Positions 43,238 to 54,850 are shown, numbered from the stretch's first letter. The stretch: 64,000 nt of DNA from Escherichia coli O157:H7 (GCF_013167455.1 NZ_CP038328.1); one strand, 5' to 3'. The notes: generated by a model from the letters alone, not told the origin. Translations and numbers: made by a program.

Positions 43238-43281
43238 GCTTTCTATAAGATACTGGATAGATATTCTCCAGCTTCAAATCA

Positions 43282-44904
43282 TTACAGTTTCGGACCAGCC
43301 GCTACCAGCGCGGCACCCGCAGGGGTGTCGGTGTATTTATCAAAGTTGTCGATAAACAGTTTCGCCAGGGTTTCGGCTTTTTCCTGCCACTGTTCCGGGG
43401 AAGCGTAGGTGTTACGCGGATCGAGAATCTTCGTGTCTACGCCCGGCAGTTCGGTTGGGATCGCCAGGTTAAACATCGGCAGAGTGAAGGTTTCTGCATT
43501 ATCCAGCGAACCGTTGAGGATGGCGTCGATAATGGCGCGGGTATCTTTAATCGAGATACGTTTGCCAGTGCCGTTCCAGCCAGTGTTAACCAGATAAGCC
43601 TGCGCGCCCGCCGCCTGCATACGTTTCACCAGCACTTCTGCGTACTGAGTCGGGTGCAGCGACAGGAATGCCGCGCCGAAGCAAGCGGAGAAGGTTGGCG
43701 TCGGTTCGGTGATGCCACGCTCAGTACCGGCCAGTTTGGCGGTGAAGCCAGAGAGGAAGTGGTACTGGGTTTGATCGGCAGTCAGACGAGAAACCGGTGG
43801 CAGCACACCAAAGGCGTCTGCGGTCAGGAAGATAACTTTCGTTGCGTGACCCGCTTTTGAAACCGGCTTAACGATGTTATCGATGTGATAGATCGGATAA
43901 GAAACGCGGGTGTTCTCGGTTTTTGAACCATCATCAAAGTCGATAGTGCCATCTTCACGCACGGTGACGTTTTCCAGCAGCGCATCGCGACGGATAGCGT
44001 TGTAGATTTCAGGTTCCGCTTCTTTCGACAGCTTGATAGTTTTTGCGTAGCAGCCGCCTTCGAAGTTAAACACGCCGTCATCGTCCCAGCCGTGTTCGTC
44101 ATCGCCAATCAGGCGACGTTTCGGGTCGGTGGAAAGGGTGGTTTTACCGGTGCCGGAAAGGCCGAAGAACACCGCAACATCGCCTTTCTCGCTAACGTTG
44201 GCGGAGCAGTGCATAGAAGCGATACCTTTCAGCGGCAGCAGGTAGTTCATCATCGAGAACATCCCTTTCTTCATTTCGCCGCCATACCAGGTGCCGCCAA
44301 TCAGCTGCATGCGCTCGGTCAGGTTAAAAGCCACGAAGTTTTCGGAATTCAGACCCTGTTCTTTCCACTGCGGGTTAGTGCACTTCGCGCCGTTCATAAC
44401 GATAAAGTCTGGTTTGAAACCTGCCAACTCTTCATCGCTCGGGCGAATAAACATGTTTTTGACAAAATGCGCCTGCCAGGCCACTTCGGTGATGAAACGG
44501 ACGGAAAGACGAGTATCCGGGTTCGCACCACAGAAGGCGTCGACAACGAACAGACGTTTGCCGGAAAGCTGTTTGGTCACCAGGCCTTTCAGATGTTGCC
44601 AGGTTTCCGGAGAGAGAGGTTTGTTATCGTTCTTACCTTTGCCTTTGTCTGCCCACCAGAAAGTATCGCGAGTGGTATCGTCACGGACGATATACTTATC
44701 TTTTGGTGAACGACCGGTGAAGATCCCGGTATCGACGGCAACGGCACCCAGATTAGTTAACACCCCGCGCTCATAACCTGTCAGGCTCGGATCGAGCTCT
44801 TCCTGATACAGCAGGTCGTAGCTTGGGTTGTAAACGATATCATGTACGTCACTGATACCATAAGCCTCGAGTTCTTGCGGGGTCAAACCATTGTTAACGC
44901 GCAT
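43282..44904 (-). CDS. pck: phosphoenolpyruvate carboxykinase (ATP)
   Basis: ORF track 43282-44973; start set to give the 540-aa protein [36 protein letters not shown]...; GLSGTGKTT kinase motif. Confidence 0.95.
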   Translation of the reverse strand: MRVNNGLTPQELEAYGISDVHDIVYNPSYDLLYQEELDPSLTGYERGVLTNLGAVAVDTGIFTGRSPKDKYIVRDDTTRDTFWWADKGKGKNDNKPLSPETWQHLKGLVTKQLSGKRLFVVDAFCGANPDTRLSVRFITEVAWQAHFVKNMFIRPSDEELAGFKPDFIVMNGAKCTNPQWKEQGLNSENFVAFNLTERMQLIGGTWYGGEMKKGMFSMMNYLLPLKGIASMHCSANVSEKGDVAVFFGLSGTGKTTLSTDPKRRLIGDDEHGWDDDGVFNFEGGCYAKTIKLSKEAEPEIYNAIRRDALLENVTVREDGTIDFDDGSKTENTRVSYPIYHIDNIVKPVSKAGHATKVIFLTADAFGVLPPVSRLTADQTQYHFLSGFTAKLAGTERGITEPTPTFSACFGAAFLSLHPTQYAEVLVKRMQAAGAQAYLVNTGWNGTGKRISIKDTRAIIDAILNGSLDNAETFTLPMFNLAIPTELPGVDTKILDPRNTYASPEQWQEKAETLAKLFIDNFDKYTDTPAGAALVAAGPKL

Positions 44905-45022
44905 TTCACTGCTCCTTAGCCAATATGTATTGCCTGAATAGTAAAGTCTTTTTGGGGGTGTTAACCGCGACAAGGCTCATAGATTTACGTATCTGGAGAA
45001 ATTCATATTTGACAAAAAACTC

Positions 45023-45038
45023 CGTGATTCCTGTCACG
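45023..45038. promoter_or_regulatory. CRP-like palindrome in the pck / yhgE intergenic region
   Basis: cGTGA-ttcctg-TCACg, matching TGTGA-N6-TCACA; pck is known to be catabolite-controlled. Confidence 0.4.
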
Positions 45039-45282
45039 AAACGGTTGCTATTATCGCAGAAATAGCATTTTAGGTGTGGAAAATGTTCTCAAAAGGTTAA
45101 ATCTTGGTTTATATGGCGGGAATATTGTGAGTGGAATCGCATTCCTGAATGAAATTGATGCAAATTCAACCGGTAAAGTATCGATTCACCACGCTAACTT
45201 TTTTTGATTATTTTCTGAAAAAAGCAAAATACTACTGCCCGGATGCGATAATTAACCCACCTTTTGATTCTGGATAACCAAC

Positions 45283-47007
45283 ATGGATAACGTTGAACTT
45301 TCACCCGCAACACGCTGGGGGATGATTGCTACCGGATTACTTCAGGGTCTGGTTTGCTACCTGCTGATCGCCTGGCTTTCCGGAAAAAATCACAGTTGGA
45401 TTGTTTATGGCGTGCCTGCGACCGTCGCGTTTTCATCCGTTTTACTCTTCTCCGTGATCTCTTTTAAACAGAAGCGCCTTTGGGGATGGCTGGCGCTGGT
45501 GTTTATTGCCACGCTGGGGATGAGCGGCTGGCTGAAGTGGCAAACTGATGGCATGACCCCCTGGAGAGCTGAAAAGGCGCTTTGGGATTTTGGTTGCTAT
45601 CTGCTGCTGATGGCAATGTTGTTGCTACCGTGGATACAACAAAGCCTTCGCATCCGCAATGACAGTAGCCGCTATCGCTATTTTTACCAGTCAGTATGGC
45701 ATAACGTACTTATATTACTGGTGATTTTTCTCGCCAATGGTCTGACGTGGCTGGTGCTTTTACTGTGGAGTGAGTTGTTTAAACTTGTTGGCATCACGTT
45801 TTTCAAAACGCTCTTTTTTGCAACCGACTGGTTTATTTATCTCACGTTAGGTCTGGTTACCGCGCTGGCGGTGATCCTCGCGCGAACACAGTCACGTTTA
45901 ATCGACTCTATTCAAAAGTTGTTCACGTTAATCGCCACGGGGTTGCTGCCGTTAGTATCATTGCTAACCCTGATGTTTATCATCACCCTGCCGTTTACAG
46001 GCCTGAGTGCGATTTCTCGCCACATCTCCGCCGCCGGGTTGCTGTTAACGCTGGCCTTTTTGCAATTGATCTTAATGGCTATTGTCCGCGATCCGCAAAA
46101 AGCGTCACTTCCCTGGACGGGGCCGTTGCGTTGCCTGATTAAAACCGCTCTGCTGGTTGCTCCGCTGTATGTGTTCATCGCCGCCTGGGCGTTATGGCTG
46201 CGGGTCGCTCAGTACGGCTGGACTGTCGACCGCTTGCAGGGCGCGCTGGCGGTGCTGGTGTTACTGGTATGGTCGCTGGGGTATTTTGTCAGTATCGTCT
46301 GGCGTAAAGGGCAAAATCCCCTTGTTCTTCAGGGCAAAGTGAACCTTGCGGTTTCGTTATTGGTGTTGGTAATACTGGTGCTTCTTAATTCGCCGGTGCT
46401 GGACAGTATGCGCATTAGTGTGAACAGTCATATGGCGCGTTATCAGAGCGGCAAAAACACGCCAGACCAGGTAACTATCTACATGCTCGAACACAGCGGT
46501 CGCTATGGACGTGCGGCGCTTGAGTCGCTGAAAAGCGATGCCGAGTATATGAAAGACCCGAAACGCGCGCGGGATCTACTGATGGCGTTAGATGGAGAGC
46601 AACATCTTCAGCAACAGATATCGGAAAAAGTATTAGCCGAAAATGTGTTAATTGCCCCTGGTTCTGGTAAACCGGATGCGACATTCTGGTCGGCCTTAAT
46701 CCAGGATCGCTATAACGTGATGACCTGTATTGAAAAAGACGCCTGCGTACTGGTCGAGCAAGATCTGAATAGTGATGGCAGGGCAGAGCGGATCCTCTTT
46801 GCCTTTGATGATGAAAGATACATTGTCTATGGCTTTGATCCTGACAAGAAAGAATGGCAAGAGCTTACGATGAGTTTACTTCCGCGTGATATAACGAAAG
46901 AAAAATTACTCACAGCTGCGAAGGATGGAAAACTGGGAACGAAGCCTAAAGCGTGGCGCGATCTTGTAGTGGATGGTGAAAGGCTGGATGTGAATCTGAA
47001 TGAGTGA
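45283..47007 (+). CDS. yhgE: uncharacterised inner-membrane protein YhgE (multi-TM N-domain, soluble C-domain)
   Basis: 574-aa [35 protein letters not shown]...; conserved position between pck and hslO. Confidence 0.9.
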   Translation: MDNVELSPATRWGMIATGLLQGLVCYLLIAWLSGKNHSWIVYGVPATVAFSSVLLFSVISFKQKRLWGWLALVFIATLGMSGWLKWQTDGMTPWRAEKALWDFGCYLLLMAMLLLPWIQQSLRIRNDSSRYRYFYQSVWHNVLILLVIFLANGLTWLVLLLWSELFKLVGITFFKTLFFATDWFIYLTLGLVTALAVILARTQSRLIDSIQKLFTLIATGLLPLVSLLTLMFIITLPFTGLSAISRHISAAGLLLTLAFLQLILMAIVRDPQKASLPWTGPLRCLIKTALLVAPLYVFIAAWALWLRVAQYGWTVDRLQGALAVLVLLVWSLGYFVSIVWRKGQNPLVLQGKVNLAVSLLVLVILVLLNSPVLDSMRISVNSHMARYQSGKNTPDQVTIYMLEHSGRYGRAALESLKSDAEYMKDPKRARDLLMALDGEQHLQQQISEKVLAENVLIAPGSGKPDATFWSALIQDRYNVMTCIEKDACVLVEQDLNSDGRAERILFAFDDERYIVYGFDPDKKEWQELTMSLLPRDITKEKLLTAAKDGKLGTKPKAWRDLVVDGERLDVNLNE

Positions 47008-47069
47008 CAAAGCGCATCAGGTGTATTAGTCGTAAAATCCGGCAGAGCTCTCTCTGCCGGACATACTCA

Positions 47070-47948
47070 TTAATGAACTTGCGGATCTGCCGGAGACGCG
47101 TTGTTGCGGATTTCAGCAATATCCATCGCATTGAACAGATAGTGGTTACCGCAGTAATCACAATGCATGTCAATTTCGCCATCTTCCGCCAGGATGCTAT
47201 CGACTTCTTCATCAGGCAGCGTTTTCAGCGCATCGGCGCAACGTTCACGCGAGCAGGTGCATTTGAACTCCACATCCTGCGGATCGTAAACCGTCACCTC
47301 TTCTTCGTGATACAAACGCCACAACACTTCGTTTGCCGGTAAGGTCAGCAGTTCTTCGGTTTTGATGGTTTCGGTTAGCGTCGCCAGGTGGTCAAAGTCG
47401 TCCTGCTGGGCATTTTGCGCAGGCATTACCTGCAACAACATACCGCCTGCAGCCGGTTTGCCGTCTACGTCGCCGGTGCGAATAAACAGGCGCGTCGGCA
47501 GCTGTTCAGAACGCATAAAGTAATCTTCCAGGCAGGCCGCCAGGGTATCACCTTCCAGACCCACCACGCCCTGATAGCGTTCACCTTCGCTCGGGGTAAT
47601 GGTGATCACCACGTAACCATTGCCGACCAGCGTTTTCAGGTCGGCATTTTCTGGAATTTCGCCCTGCACGCGCGCCACACCGCGCATCTGCTGGTTGTTG
47701 TTACCGTTAATAACCGCCAGATTCATCGGACCGTCGCCTTGCAGCTGTACGGTGATATCACCATCAAACTTCAGCGTAGCGGTTAACAGGCTGGTCGCAA
47801 CCAGCAGTTCTGCCAGCACGTTTTTAACGGGCTGCGGATAATCGTGATTCTCAAGGATCTGTTGCAGGGTTTCCGAAACGGTTACCAGTTCGCCGCGCAC
47901 GGCAAAGTTTTCAAACAGATAGCGATGTAATTGGTCATGTTGCGGCAT
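47070..47948 (-). CDS. hslO: redox-regulated chaperone Hsp33
   Basis: [24 protein letters not shown]..., C-terminal zinc-Cys cluster CTCSRERC...CDYCGNHY; the ORF track permits a start two codons upstream (47954). Confidence 0.95.
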   Translation of the reverse strand: MPQHDQLHRYLFENFAVRGELVTVSETLQQILENHDYPQPVKNVLAELLVATSLLTATLKFDGDITVQLQGDGPMNLAVINGNNNQQMRGVARVQGEIPENADLKTLVGNGYVVITITPSEGERYQGVVGLEGDTLAACLEDYFMRSEQLPTRLFIRTGDVDGKPAAGGMLLQVMPAQNAQQDDFDHLATLTETIKTEELLTLPANEVLWRLYHEEEVTVYDPQDVEFKCTCSRERCADALKTLPDEEVDSILAEDGEIDMHCDYCGNHYLFNAMDIAEIRNNASPADPQVH

Positions 47949-47972
47949 AATCATCTCTCTTGCAGGTGACAG

Positions 47973-48374
47973 TTATTCACTGTCGCCGTGTTTAAATCGT
48001 AACAGGTCGCGGCGCTCTTTTTTGTCCGGGCGTCGGTCCGGGTGCGGCATGGTTAAGGCATTAAGTTTACGTGCCAGCGCCATTTTTTCGCGTTTCTCTA
48101 CACTTTCCGCAGTCTCTTCATACAGCAAGGCTGCCTCGCTGGCGGGGCGACGCTGTTCAGTAATCGCCTTTACAATCACCGTGCGTTCGTCATTTCCCTG
48201 GCGCAGAGTGAGCGTGGCATTCAGCTCGACGATTTTGCTCGGCTTGCTGCGCTGCCCGTTGTAATGCACCTTACCGCCTTCAATCATTTCACGGGCCAGC
48301 GCGCGGGTTTTATAAAAACGGGCAGCCCATAGCCATTTATCCAGTCGAACCTCAACAGCAGGTTTTTCTTTCAT
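47973..48374 (-). CDS. hslR: ribosome-associated heat shock protein Hsp15 (S4 domain)
   Basis: 133-aa ORF, MKEKPAVEVRLDKWLWAARFYKTRALAREMIEGGKV... Confidence 0.96.
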   Translation of the reverse strand: MKEKPAVEVRLDKWLWAARFYKTRALAREMIEGGKVHYNGQRSKPSKIVELNATLTLRQGNDERTVIVKAITEQRRPASEAALLYEETAESVEKREKMALARKLNALTMPHPDRRPDKKERRDLLRFKHGDSE

Positions 48375-48384
48375 GGCGTCTCCT

Positions 48385-49053
48385 TCACATTAGCGAGGGG
48401 ATCAGGCGGCGGTAGTCATTCAGTGACGGATGGCGTTGATACTGTTTCTCGGCAATCCCTGAGTCAGGATTAGTCACGCCGAGGCAGTAACGAATACCAA
48501 ATTGCGCGGCAGCATCGAGAATCGCTTCGCTGTCATCAATAAACAGCGTTCTTTCAGCTTTCAGACCCGTAGCTTCGGCCACCGCATGCCATAACCGCTG
48601 ATCCTCTTTCGGATAACCAAATGTGTGGGTGGAAAGTAATAAATCAAGGTGTGCGTCCAGACCGGTATGCTCAAGTTTTACCGCCAGGTTGTGCGGATGC
48701 GCATTGGTGAGCAAAATTCGCTGCTTACCGCTGGCTTTCAGTGCCTCAAGAAACGGAATGGTATCTTCACGCAGTACGGCACGCGGTCCCATCTCGGTGG
48801 TCATCGCACAGATATCCAGACCCAGTTGCTCACTCCAGTAATCAAGACAGTACCAGTTTAGCGTATGCTGTACGTCGTGATATTGCTGGCGCATATATTC
48901 CATCGCTTCCTGTGGCGTAACCCCGTTTTTCGCGCCCCATGTTTCAGGCACCAGCTTTTGCCAGAAATAGTTATCGAAGGCGAGGTCGAGCAACGTGCCG
49001 TCCATATCCAGCAGAACGGTATCTACGTCCTGCCAGGCAATGTTGATATGCAT
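48385..49053 (-). CDS. yrfG: HAD-superfamily purine nucleotidase
   Basis: 222 aa, MHINIAWQDVDTVLLDMDGTLLDLAFDNYFWQ... (DxDGT HAD motif); start trimmed from 49098. Confidence 0.92.
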   Translation of the reverse strand: MHINIAWQDVDTVLLDMDGTLLDLAFDNYFWQKLVPETWGAKNGVTPQEAMEYMRQQYHDVQHTLNWYCLDYWSEQLGLDICAMTTEMGPRAVLREDTIPFLEALKASGKQRILLTNAHPHNLAVKLEHTGLDAHLDLLLSTHTFGYPKEDQRLWHAVAEATGLKAERTLFIDDSEAILDAAAQFGIRYCLGVTNPDSGIAEKQYQRHPSLNDYRRLIPSLM

Positions 49054-49117
49054 GAGGAAAATCTCCAGAGTGAAGCAATTTGCGCGACAGGGTAGCATAA
49101 CCTGCCGCGCAAACGTG

Positions 49118-51253
49118 TTATTCGATAAGGCTTTCTGAAGGGGTGATCAGTTGCGGGTTCAGGCAGCTTTCATAATAGGCCTGAATCTTCATCATGCGAG
49201 TGCGATGACGCTGGTAACGCCGCCAGGCCTGTACGCCATTATAAATGGCGCTACCCAGCATCGTCAGTAGCAGCAGCGTGGTGCTGAGATAGCGCCACAG
49301 GCCGGAACGATCCGGGATCGGATGAAGGCCTATATGCTGCGTACCATTGGCGTCAGTGAAGATTTTTGTGACGATACCCTCGGCGTTAAACGGCGTATGC
49401 ATCAGCATTTGTGCCAGTTTCTGGAAAGCGTTCCACTGTTCTTGCGGCGGGTAGTCGTAAAGTGATGCCGAAGGCCAGGGCTGATCAACAAAATCGCTGC
49501 CTTCGTCGCTGACAATCAGGAATCCGCCGGGGGCCGGACTGTTTAGTGATTGTGCCGCTCGCGCCGTTTCATGCGTGATAAACGGCGCGGTGGAGGTTGC
49601 CACCAGGTTATCCAGCGATTCCGCACTCACCGGGCGTAATAACACATTCACGCCATCGAGCTTCCCGGCGTTGGCGCGTTTTACCAGCGCGTCCCAGTCT
49701 TTACTGTTGCCGAGATTGACCAGCGCATTTTTCAGTCGCACACAGTCATCTTTGGCAGAACACAGATCCGCTGTCTTCAGTACAATGTCGCCAAAATCAT
49801 CAAGCAATACCATGCCGGATTTTTGAATTGCTGAACGTAATGAGGCGCTGACGCGAGATTCATCTTCCGGTTTAGGGTGCAGCTGGCGATTAACTGCTTC
49901 AGTCAATGCCGTCGCTTTGTTGACCAGTTCAGATTCTGGTAATGGTAATGAGCGGGCGTCGTTCCAGATGATCTGCGAGCAGTCAAACGGTAAAAAAGGT
50001 GAATTGGTTTTCGCGCTCCAGGTTCCGGAAGTGCGAATATTACACATTCCCGTACCGCTAATACGCAATGTATCGCCTACCCGCACGCCAGCGTCAGCCA
50101 GTTGTTTTACGCTGGTGGCTTCAATGGTCTGCGCACCTTTCATCCATGAGAGAGTGAATTTCAGCGGCATATCCAGCGGGATCCAGAATAACAGCATAAA
50201 CAGCACCAGCAGCGAGCCCGCAGCGATAATCGTACTGCGCAGCCAGTGCTGTAACGGAAAGTTTTTTACTTCATCATGCAGCGAAAGATATCGCCCCTGA
50301 CGCACTAGGTGGCGGTCGAGATAGATATCAATATCGGTTTGTTGACCGAGATCCTGAGCAATGTATGGCTGCCAGTGTGCGGGATAGACCAGGTCGATAA
50401 TACCGAGTGAAATATTGTTGATCTGTTCCTGATCGTTTTCGCCAAACAATCCCCAACGACGGGGTGTACCGCGCAGACAATGAATTTCCCGCAGGGAGGA
50501 TTTTGCCGGGGGGGCGAATAGCCCCCACAGACCTGCGCCCAGCAGCAGTAACGCGCCGCCTGCCAGCCACGGAACAAATACATCCGGGGTAATCAGGCAG
50601 AAAAAGAACATCAGGAAGGAGGCGACGATCAGCAACGCTTCACGCAGCCCGCGCGGACGACTCAGCGCATATTCTTCATGCGTTTCTTTGCGAATATTGA
50701 GTAGCTCGATTTGCTCACTCTCTTCCCCGCGAATCGACGCCTGCGTGGACGGAACAGGTTGCAAGGCATAGCCGCGAGTTTCCTGCATGTACTCCTGCAG
50801 CGTATGACCGTTGAGTGAAATAACCAGCGGCAGCGAATCGGTATGAATCAGTTCAACGGTATTCTCATCGTTGATGTACTGCTCCCAGAAAGGGGGCAGG
50901 TGGACTTCTACCGAATCGAGGTAGTAACGCCATTTATTCGGATCGTCGGTAGAGATGCCGTAACGCGTGATAGCGTGTGTCAGCATCATGACGTTGTTGC
51001 TTTCGGCATTCAGCGCCAGAGAGATCGGTGCCGCGCTGGCTCCCGTTGGGCCAGGCACCTGTAATACCTGCGTCAGGCTCTCAAGATAATTTTCAACGGC
51101 GCTACGTTCTTCAGGTGTGAGTTTACGCGTTTGCGCATCCGCGAAGGCGTTGGTCCAGGGCAGCTGACGCCGTCTGGATCGCACTTTTATCAGCCATCCC
51201 GCAAGTAGTGAGCAGGCCAGCAAAGCAGCTAAAAAAATCACAATGGTGCTCAT
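49118..51253 (-). CDS. igaA: IgaA/YrfF inner-membrane attenuator of the Rcs phosphorelay
   Basis: 711-aa ORF, MSTIVIFLAALLACSLLAGWLIKVRSRRRQLPWTNAFADAQTRKL... Confidence 0.95.
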   Translation of the reverse strand: MSTIVIFLAALLACSLLAGWLIKVRSRRRQLPWTNAFADAQTRKLTPEERSAVENYLESLTQVLQVPGPTGASAAPISLALNAESNNVMMLTHAITRYGISTDDPNKWRYYLDSVEVHLPPFWEQYINDENTVELIHTDSLPLVISLNGHTLQEYMQETRGYALQPVPSTQASIRGEESEQIELLNIRKETHEEYALSRPRGLREALLIVASFLMFFFCLITPDVFVPWLAGGALLLLGAGLWGLFAPPAKSSLREIHCLRGTPRRWGLFGENDQEQINNISLGIIDLVYPAHWQPYIAQDLGQQTDIDIYLDRHLVRQGRYLSLHDEVKNFPLQHWLRSTIIAAGSLLVLFMLLFWIPLDMPLKFTLSWMKGAQTIEATSVKQLADAGVRVGDTLRISGTGMCNIRTSGTWSAKTNSPFLPFDCSQIIWNDARSLPLPESELVNKATALTEAVNRQLHPKPEDESRVSASLRSAIQKSGMVLLDDFGDIVLKTADLCSAKDDCVRLKNALVNLGNSKDWDALVKRANAGKLDGVNVLLRPVSAESLDNLVATSTAPFITHETARAAQSLNSPAPGGFLIVSDEGSDFVDQPWPSASLYDYPPQEQWNAFQKLAQMLMHTPFNAEGIVTKIFTDANGTQHIGLHPIPDRSGLWRYLSTTLLLLTMLGSAIYNGVQAWRRYQRHRTRMMKIQAYYESCLNPQLITPSESLIE

Positions 51254-51572
51254 GCTTTCCCCATCTTACTTAGTCTGTCAGGCGTGGTCAGTCGCACCGG
51301 ACACAATACATGATTCTGCGGTTGGCTATCGGCAAGCGTGGAGTTTAACTTGAGCATCATTAAGCACATCACAGTAACCGCTGATCATAGCAAACCCTCT
51401 GAAGGCGGAATATCAGCAAATTCCTGGAGTTATTTCAACCTATTGACTTTTAATTTGATTTGAGGACGATTATTTATTAAGTTACATAAATGTAAATAAC
51501 ATGCAATTCACATTGCCGAAAGCGTGTCCGATATCGCACAATAACCGCTGATTTCACAGCATAGATCCCACG

Positions 51573-52133
51573 ATGAGCAAATCATTACAAAAACCCACCA
51601 TTCTGAATGTTGAAACTGTAGCCCGTTCCCGACTGTTTACCGTCGAGAGCGTGGATCTAGAGTTCAGCAATGGCGTGCGGCGTGTTTATGAACGAATGCG
51701 TCCAACCAACCGGGAAGCAGTGATGATTGTGCCGATTGTGGACGATCACCTGATCCTGATCCGCGAATATGCAGTGGGAACTGAATCCTACGAATTAGGT
51801 TTTTCGAAAGGATTAATTGATCCGGGTGAAAGCGTCTTCGAAGCCGCTAACCGCGAGCTAAAAGAAGAGGTTGGATTTGGTGCGAACGATCTGACTTTTT
51901 TGAAGAAGCTCAGCATGGCACCGTCTTACTTTTCCAGCAAAATGAATATCGTGGTAGCGCAAGATCTCTACCCGGAATCGCTGGAAGGCGATGAGCCAGA
52001 GCCGCTACCACAGGTGCGCTGGCCGCTGGCGCATATGATGGATTTGCTGGAAGACCCTGACTTCAACGAAGCGCGTAATGTCAGCGCGCTGTTCCTCGTG
52101 CGCGAATGGTTGAAAGGGCAGGGGCGAGTGTAA
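51573..52133 (+). CDS. nudE: ADP-sugar/ADP compounds Nudix hydrolase
   Basis: 186-aa ORF, MSKSLQKPTILNVETVARSRLFTVESVDLEFSNGVRRVYERM...; Nudix box GLIDPGESVFEAANRELKEEVG. Confidence 0.95.
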   Translation: MSKSLQKPTILNVETVARSRLFTVESVDLEFSNGVRRVYERMRPTNREAVMIVPIVDDHLILIREYAVGTESYELGFSKGLIDPGESVFEAANRELKEEVGFGANDLTFLKKLSMAPSYFSSKMNIVVAQDLYPESLEGDEPEPLPQVRWPLAHMMDLLEDPDFNEARNVSALFLVREWLKGQGRV

Positions 52134-52146
52134 ATGCGTGAAGTTT

Positions 52147-52243
52147 GCCTGATGCACAATGCTTATCAGGCTTATGGGGTTCCTGCAATATATTGAGTTT
52201 TCACGATTTTGTTAGCCGGATAACGCGTTCACCCGTATCCGGC
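52147..52243. repeat. two REP-like palindromes downstream of nudE
   Basis: gcctgatgcacaatgcttatcaggc (52147-52171) and gccggataacgcgttcacccgtatccggc (52215-52243). Confidence 0.7.
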
Positions 52244-52271
52244 ATAAACAAGTGCACTTTGTCAGCAAACT

Positions 52272-52297
52272 GAAAAGGCGCCGAAGCGCCTTTTTAA
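52272..52297. terminator. bidirectional rho-independent terminator (nudE / mrcA)
   Basis: aaaaa-GGCGC-cgaa-GCGCC-ttttt, immediately after the mrcA stop on the minus strand. Confidence 0.8.
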
Positions 52298-54850
52298 TCA
52301 GAACAATTCCTGTGCCTCGCCATTATCGATAATGGTCGTTCCCACCTCGTGCACCGCCTGTTGTGTCGGCTGCGTACCTTCGATGAAATACTCTTCGCGG
52401 CTGTTGCCACCATTAGCTAACTGCCCGGTGCTGCGATCGATATTCACCGTCACAATACCCGGCGGCGGCGTCAGCGGCTGCTCCGGCACACCTTCAAGAA
52501 CGGCTTTCATATAAGCGTCCCATGCAGGCTGGGCACTCTTGGCACCGCCTTCGTAACCTGAAATCTGATCTTTAATCGCTCCGGAAGCCGTTGTATGACC
52601 GAGATTACGACGGTGATCATCAAAGCCAATCCAGACCGAGGTCACAACGCCCGGTCCGTAACCCGAGAACCACGCATCTTTCGAACTGTTAGTGGTACCG
52701 GTTTTCCCGCCGATATCGCGACGCTGCAAATCACGACCTGCACGCCAGCCGGTACCCTGCCAGCCTGGCTCACCAAAGATATTGGTGTTCAAAGCACTCT
52801 TAATCAGGAATGCCAGCGGAGTGTTGATGACGTGCGGTGCGTACTCCTGCGCGCCAGTCTTCGCCACTAACGCCTGATTTGCCTGCTCCAGCTGCGGCAT
52901 TGGTACAGAAACATTCTGCTGCTCGCGGGAGATAGCGACATCTTCAACATCGTTATTTTCCAGCACGTTCGATTTCTGCGTATCACCGTAAATCACCGGA
53001 ATATCGCATTCCGGGCAGGCTACTTTCGGTTTCGCTTCGAAAATCACGCCGCCCTGATCGTTTTCAATTTTGCTGATAAACCACGGGTCCACCAGGAAGC
53101 CGCCGTTCGCCATGACCGCGTAGCCGCGCGCCACCTGCATTGGGGTGAAGGACGCTGAACCCAGCGCCAGCGATTCGGTGTGGACAATGTTTTGCGCCGG
53201 GAAGCCGAAGCGTTGCAGATATTCTGCAGCGTAGTCGACGCCCATCGCCCGCATTGCGCGTACCATCACCACGTTTTTCGACTGACCCAGCCCCTGACGT
53301 AAGCGAATTGGACCGGCATACTGCGGTGGTGAGTTTTTCGGCTGCCAGTCAGAACCGGCACCTGCGTCCCAGCGAGAAATTGGCACATCGTTCAACATAC
53401 TTGCCAGCGTCAGACCTTTATCCATCGCCGCGGTGTAGAGGAACGGTTTGATGTTGGAACCCACCTGACGCAGTGCCTGGGTGGCGCGGTTAAACTTGCT
53501 CTGATTGAAATCAAAGCCACCGACCAGCGCCATAACGGCACCATTTTGCGGATTGATCGACACCAGTGCCGAGTTCACTTCCGGCACTTGTGCCAGCCAC
53601 CATGCATCGCCAACCTGACGAACCCAGATTTGCTGACCCGTTTGCAGAACATCGGTCACTTTACGCGGCGTCGGTCCCTGCTGAGTATCCGAACGGTAAG
53701 GACGCGCCCAGCGAACGCCTTCCATACTCAATGCGACGGTCGACCCGTCCGCCAGCATTGCCGTCGCTTCCTGAGGATTGGCGCTGGTGACTGCGGCAGG
53801 CAGCAGCGGACCATAGGTCGGCAGCGCCTTCAGCGTATCGGTAATCTTGTTGTTATCCCACGCCGACTCGCCCACTTTCCACAGCACATTTGCCGGGCCG
53901 CGATAGCCGTGGCGCATGTCGTAGTCCAGCACGTTATTACGTACCGCCTGCTGCGCGGCCTGCTGCACTTTGCGGGTGATGGTGGTGTAAATGCGATAAC
54001 CGTCTTCATAGGCACTTTCGCCATAACGGTTATACATCTCCTGGCGCACCATTTCGCTCAGGTACGGCGCAGAAAAAGCAATCTCCGGCGCGTGATAGTT
54101 AGCGTTAATCGCCTCAGTGCGTGTCTGATCGAACTGTTGCTGGGTGATATATCCTTCATCCAGCATCCGCGATAGCACGACGTTACGCCGCGCGACGGCA
54201 CGATCCATCGAGTAGAGCGGGTTGAAGGTGGAAGGCGCTTTCGGCAGCCCGGCTATCACCGCCATTTCGTTCAGCGTCAGTTGGTCGACCGTTTTTCCGA
54301 AATAGACTTGTGCCGCAGCACCGACACCATAGGCGCGGTAACCAAGGTAAATCTTGTTCAGATAAAGCTCGAGGATCTCGTCTTTCGTCAGCAACTGTTC
54401 AATGCGAATCGCGAGGAAGACTTCCTTAATCTTACGCATCAGCGTGCGTTCTGGACTGAGGAAGAAGTTTCTCGCCAGCTGCTGGGTAATGGTACTTGCC
54501 CCTTGTGACGCGTGGCCGGAGAACAGCGCCACACTTGCCGCACGGAAGATCCCCACCGGGTCAACGCCGTGATGCTCGTAGAAGCGGCTGTCTTCCGTCG
54601 CGATAAAGGCTTTCACCATCTCCGGCGGGATTTGATCCAACGTAACCGGAATACGACGTTTCTCACCGTATTGAGCAATCAGCTCGCCATCGGCGCTGTA
54701 AATCTGCATCGGAATTTGCAGGCGAACATCTTTTAATGTCGCCACATCCGGCAGTTGTGGCTCGATGTAGCGGTATAGGCCATAAATCGAGCCTGCTCCC
54801 AGCAGAATGCAACAGACTGCAAGGATCAAAAAATACTTTACGAACTTCAC
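52298..54850 (-). CDS. mrcA: penicillin-binding protein 1A (bifunctional transglycosylase/transpeptidase)
   Basis: ORF track gives an ATG at 54874 (858 aa); the K-12-type 850-aa protein MKFVKYFLILAVCCILLGAGSIYGLYRY... corresponds to a GTG start at 54850. Class A PBP motifs present. Confidence 0.93.
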   Translation of the reverse strand: MKFVKYFLILAVCCILLGAGSIYGLYRYIEPQLPDVATLKDVRLQIPMQIYSADGELIAQYGEKRRIPVTLDQIPPEMVKAFIATEDSRFYEHHGVDPVGIFRAASVALFSGHASQGASTITQQLARNFFLSPERTLMRKIKEVFLAIRIEQLLTKDEILELYLNKIYLGYRAYGVGAAAQVYFGKTVDQLTLNEMAVIAGLPKAPSTFNPLYSMDRAVARRNVVLSRMLDEGYITQQQFDQTRTEAINANYHAPEIAFSAPYLSEMVRQEMYNRYGESAYEDGYRIYTTITRKVQQAAQQAVRNNVLDYDMRHGYRGPANVLWKVGESAWDNNKITDTLKALPTYGPLLPAAVTSANPQEATAMLADGSTVALSMEGVRWARPYRSDTQQGPTPRKVTDVLQTGQQIWVRQVGDAWWLAQVPEVNSALVSINPQNGAVMALVGGFDFNQSKFNRATQALRQVGSNIKPFLYTAAMDKGLTLASMLNDVPISRWDAGAGSDWQPKNSPPQYAGPIRLRQGLGQSKNVVMVRAMRAMGVDYAAEYLQRFGFPAQNIVHTESLALGSASFTPMQVARGYAVMANGGFLVDPWFISKIENDQGGVIFEAKPKVACPECDIPVIYGDTQKSNVLENNDVEDVAISREQQNVSVPMPQLEQANQALVAKTGAQEYAPHVINTPLAFLIKSALNTNIFGEPGWQGTGWRAGRDLQRRDIGGKTGTTNSSKDAWFSGYGPGVVTSVWIGFDDHRRNLGHTTASGAIKDQISGYEGGAKSAQPAWDAYMKAVLEGVPEQPLTPPPGIVTVNIDRSTGQLANGGNSREEYFIEGTQPTQQAVHEVGTTIIDNGEAQELF

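Noticed and set aside
53546-54175. 209-aa plus-strand ORF inside mrcA
   Set aside because: Antisense shadow ORF.
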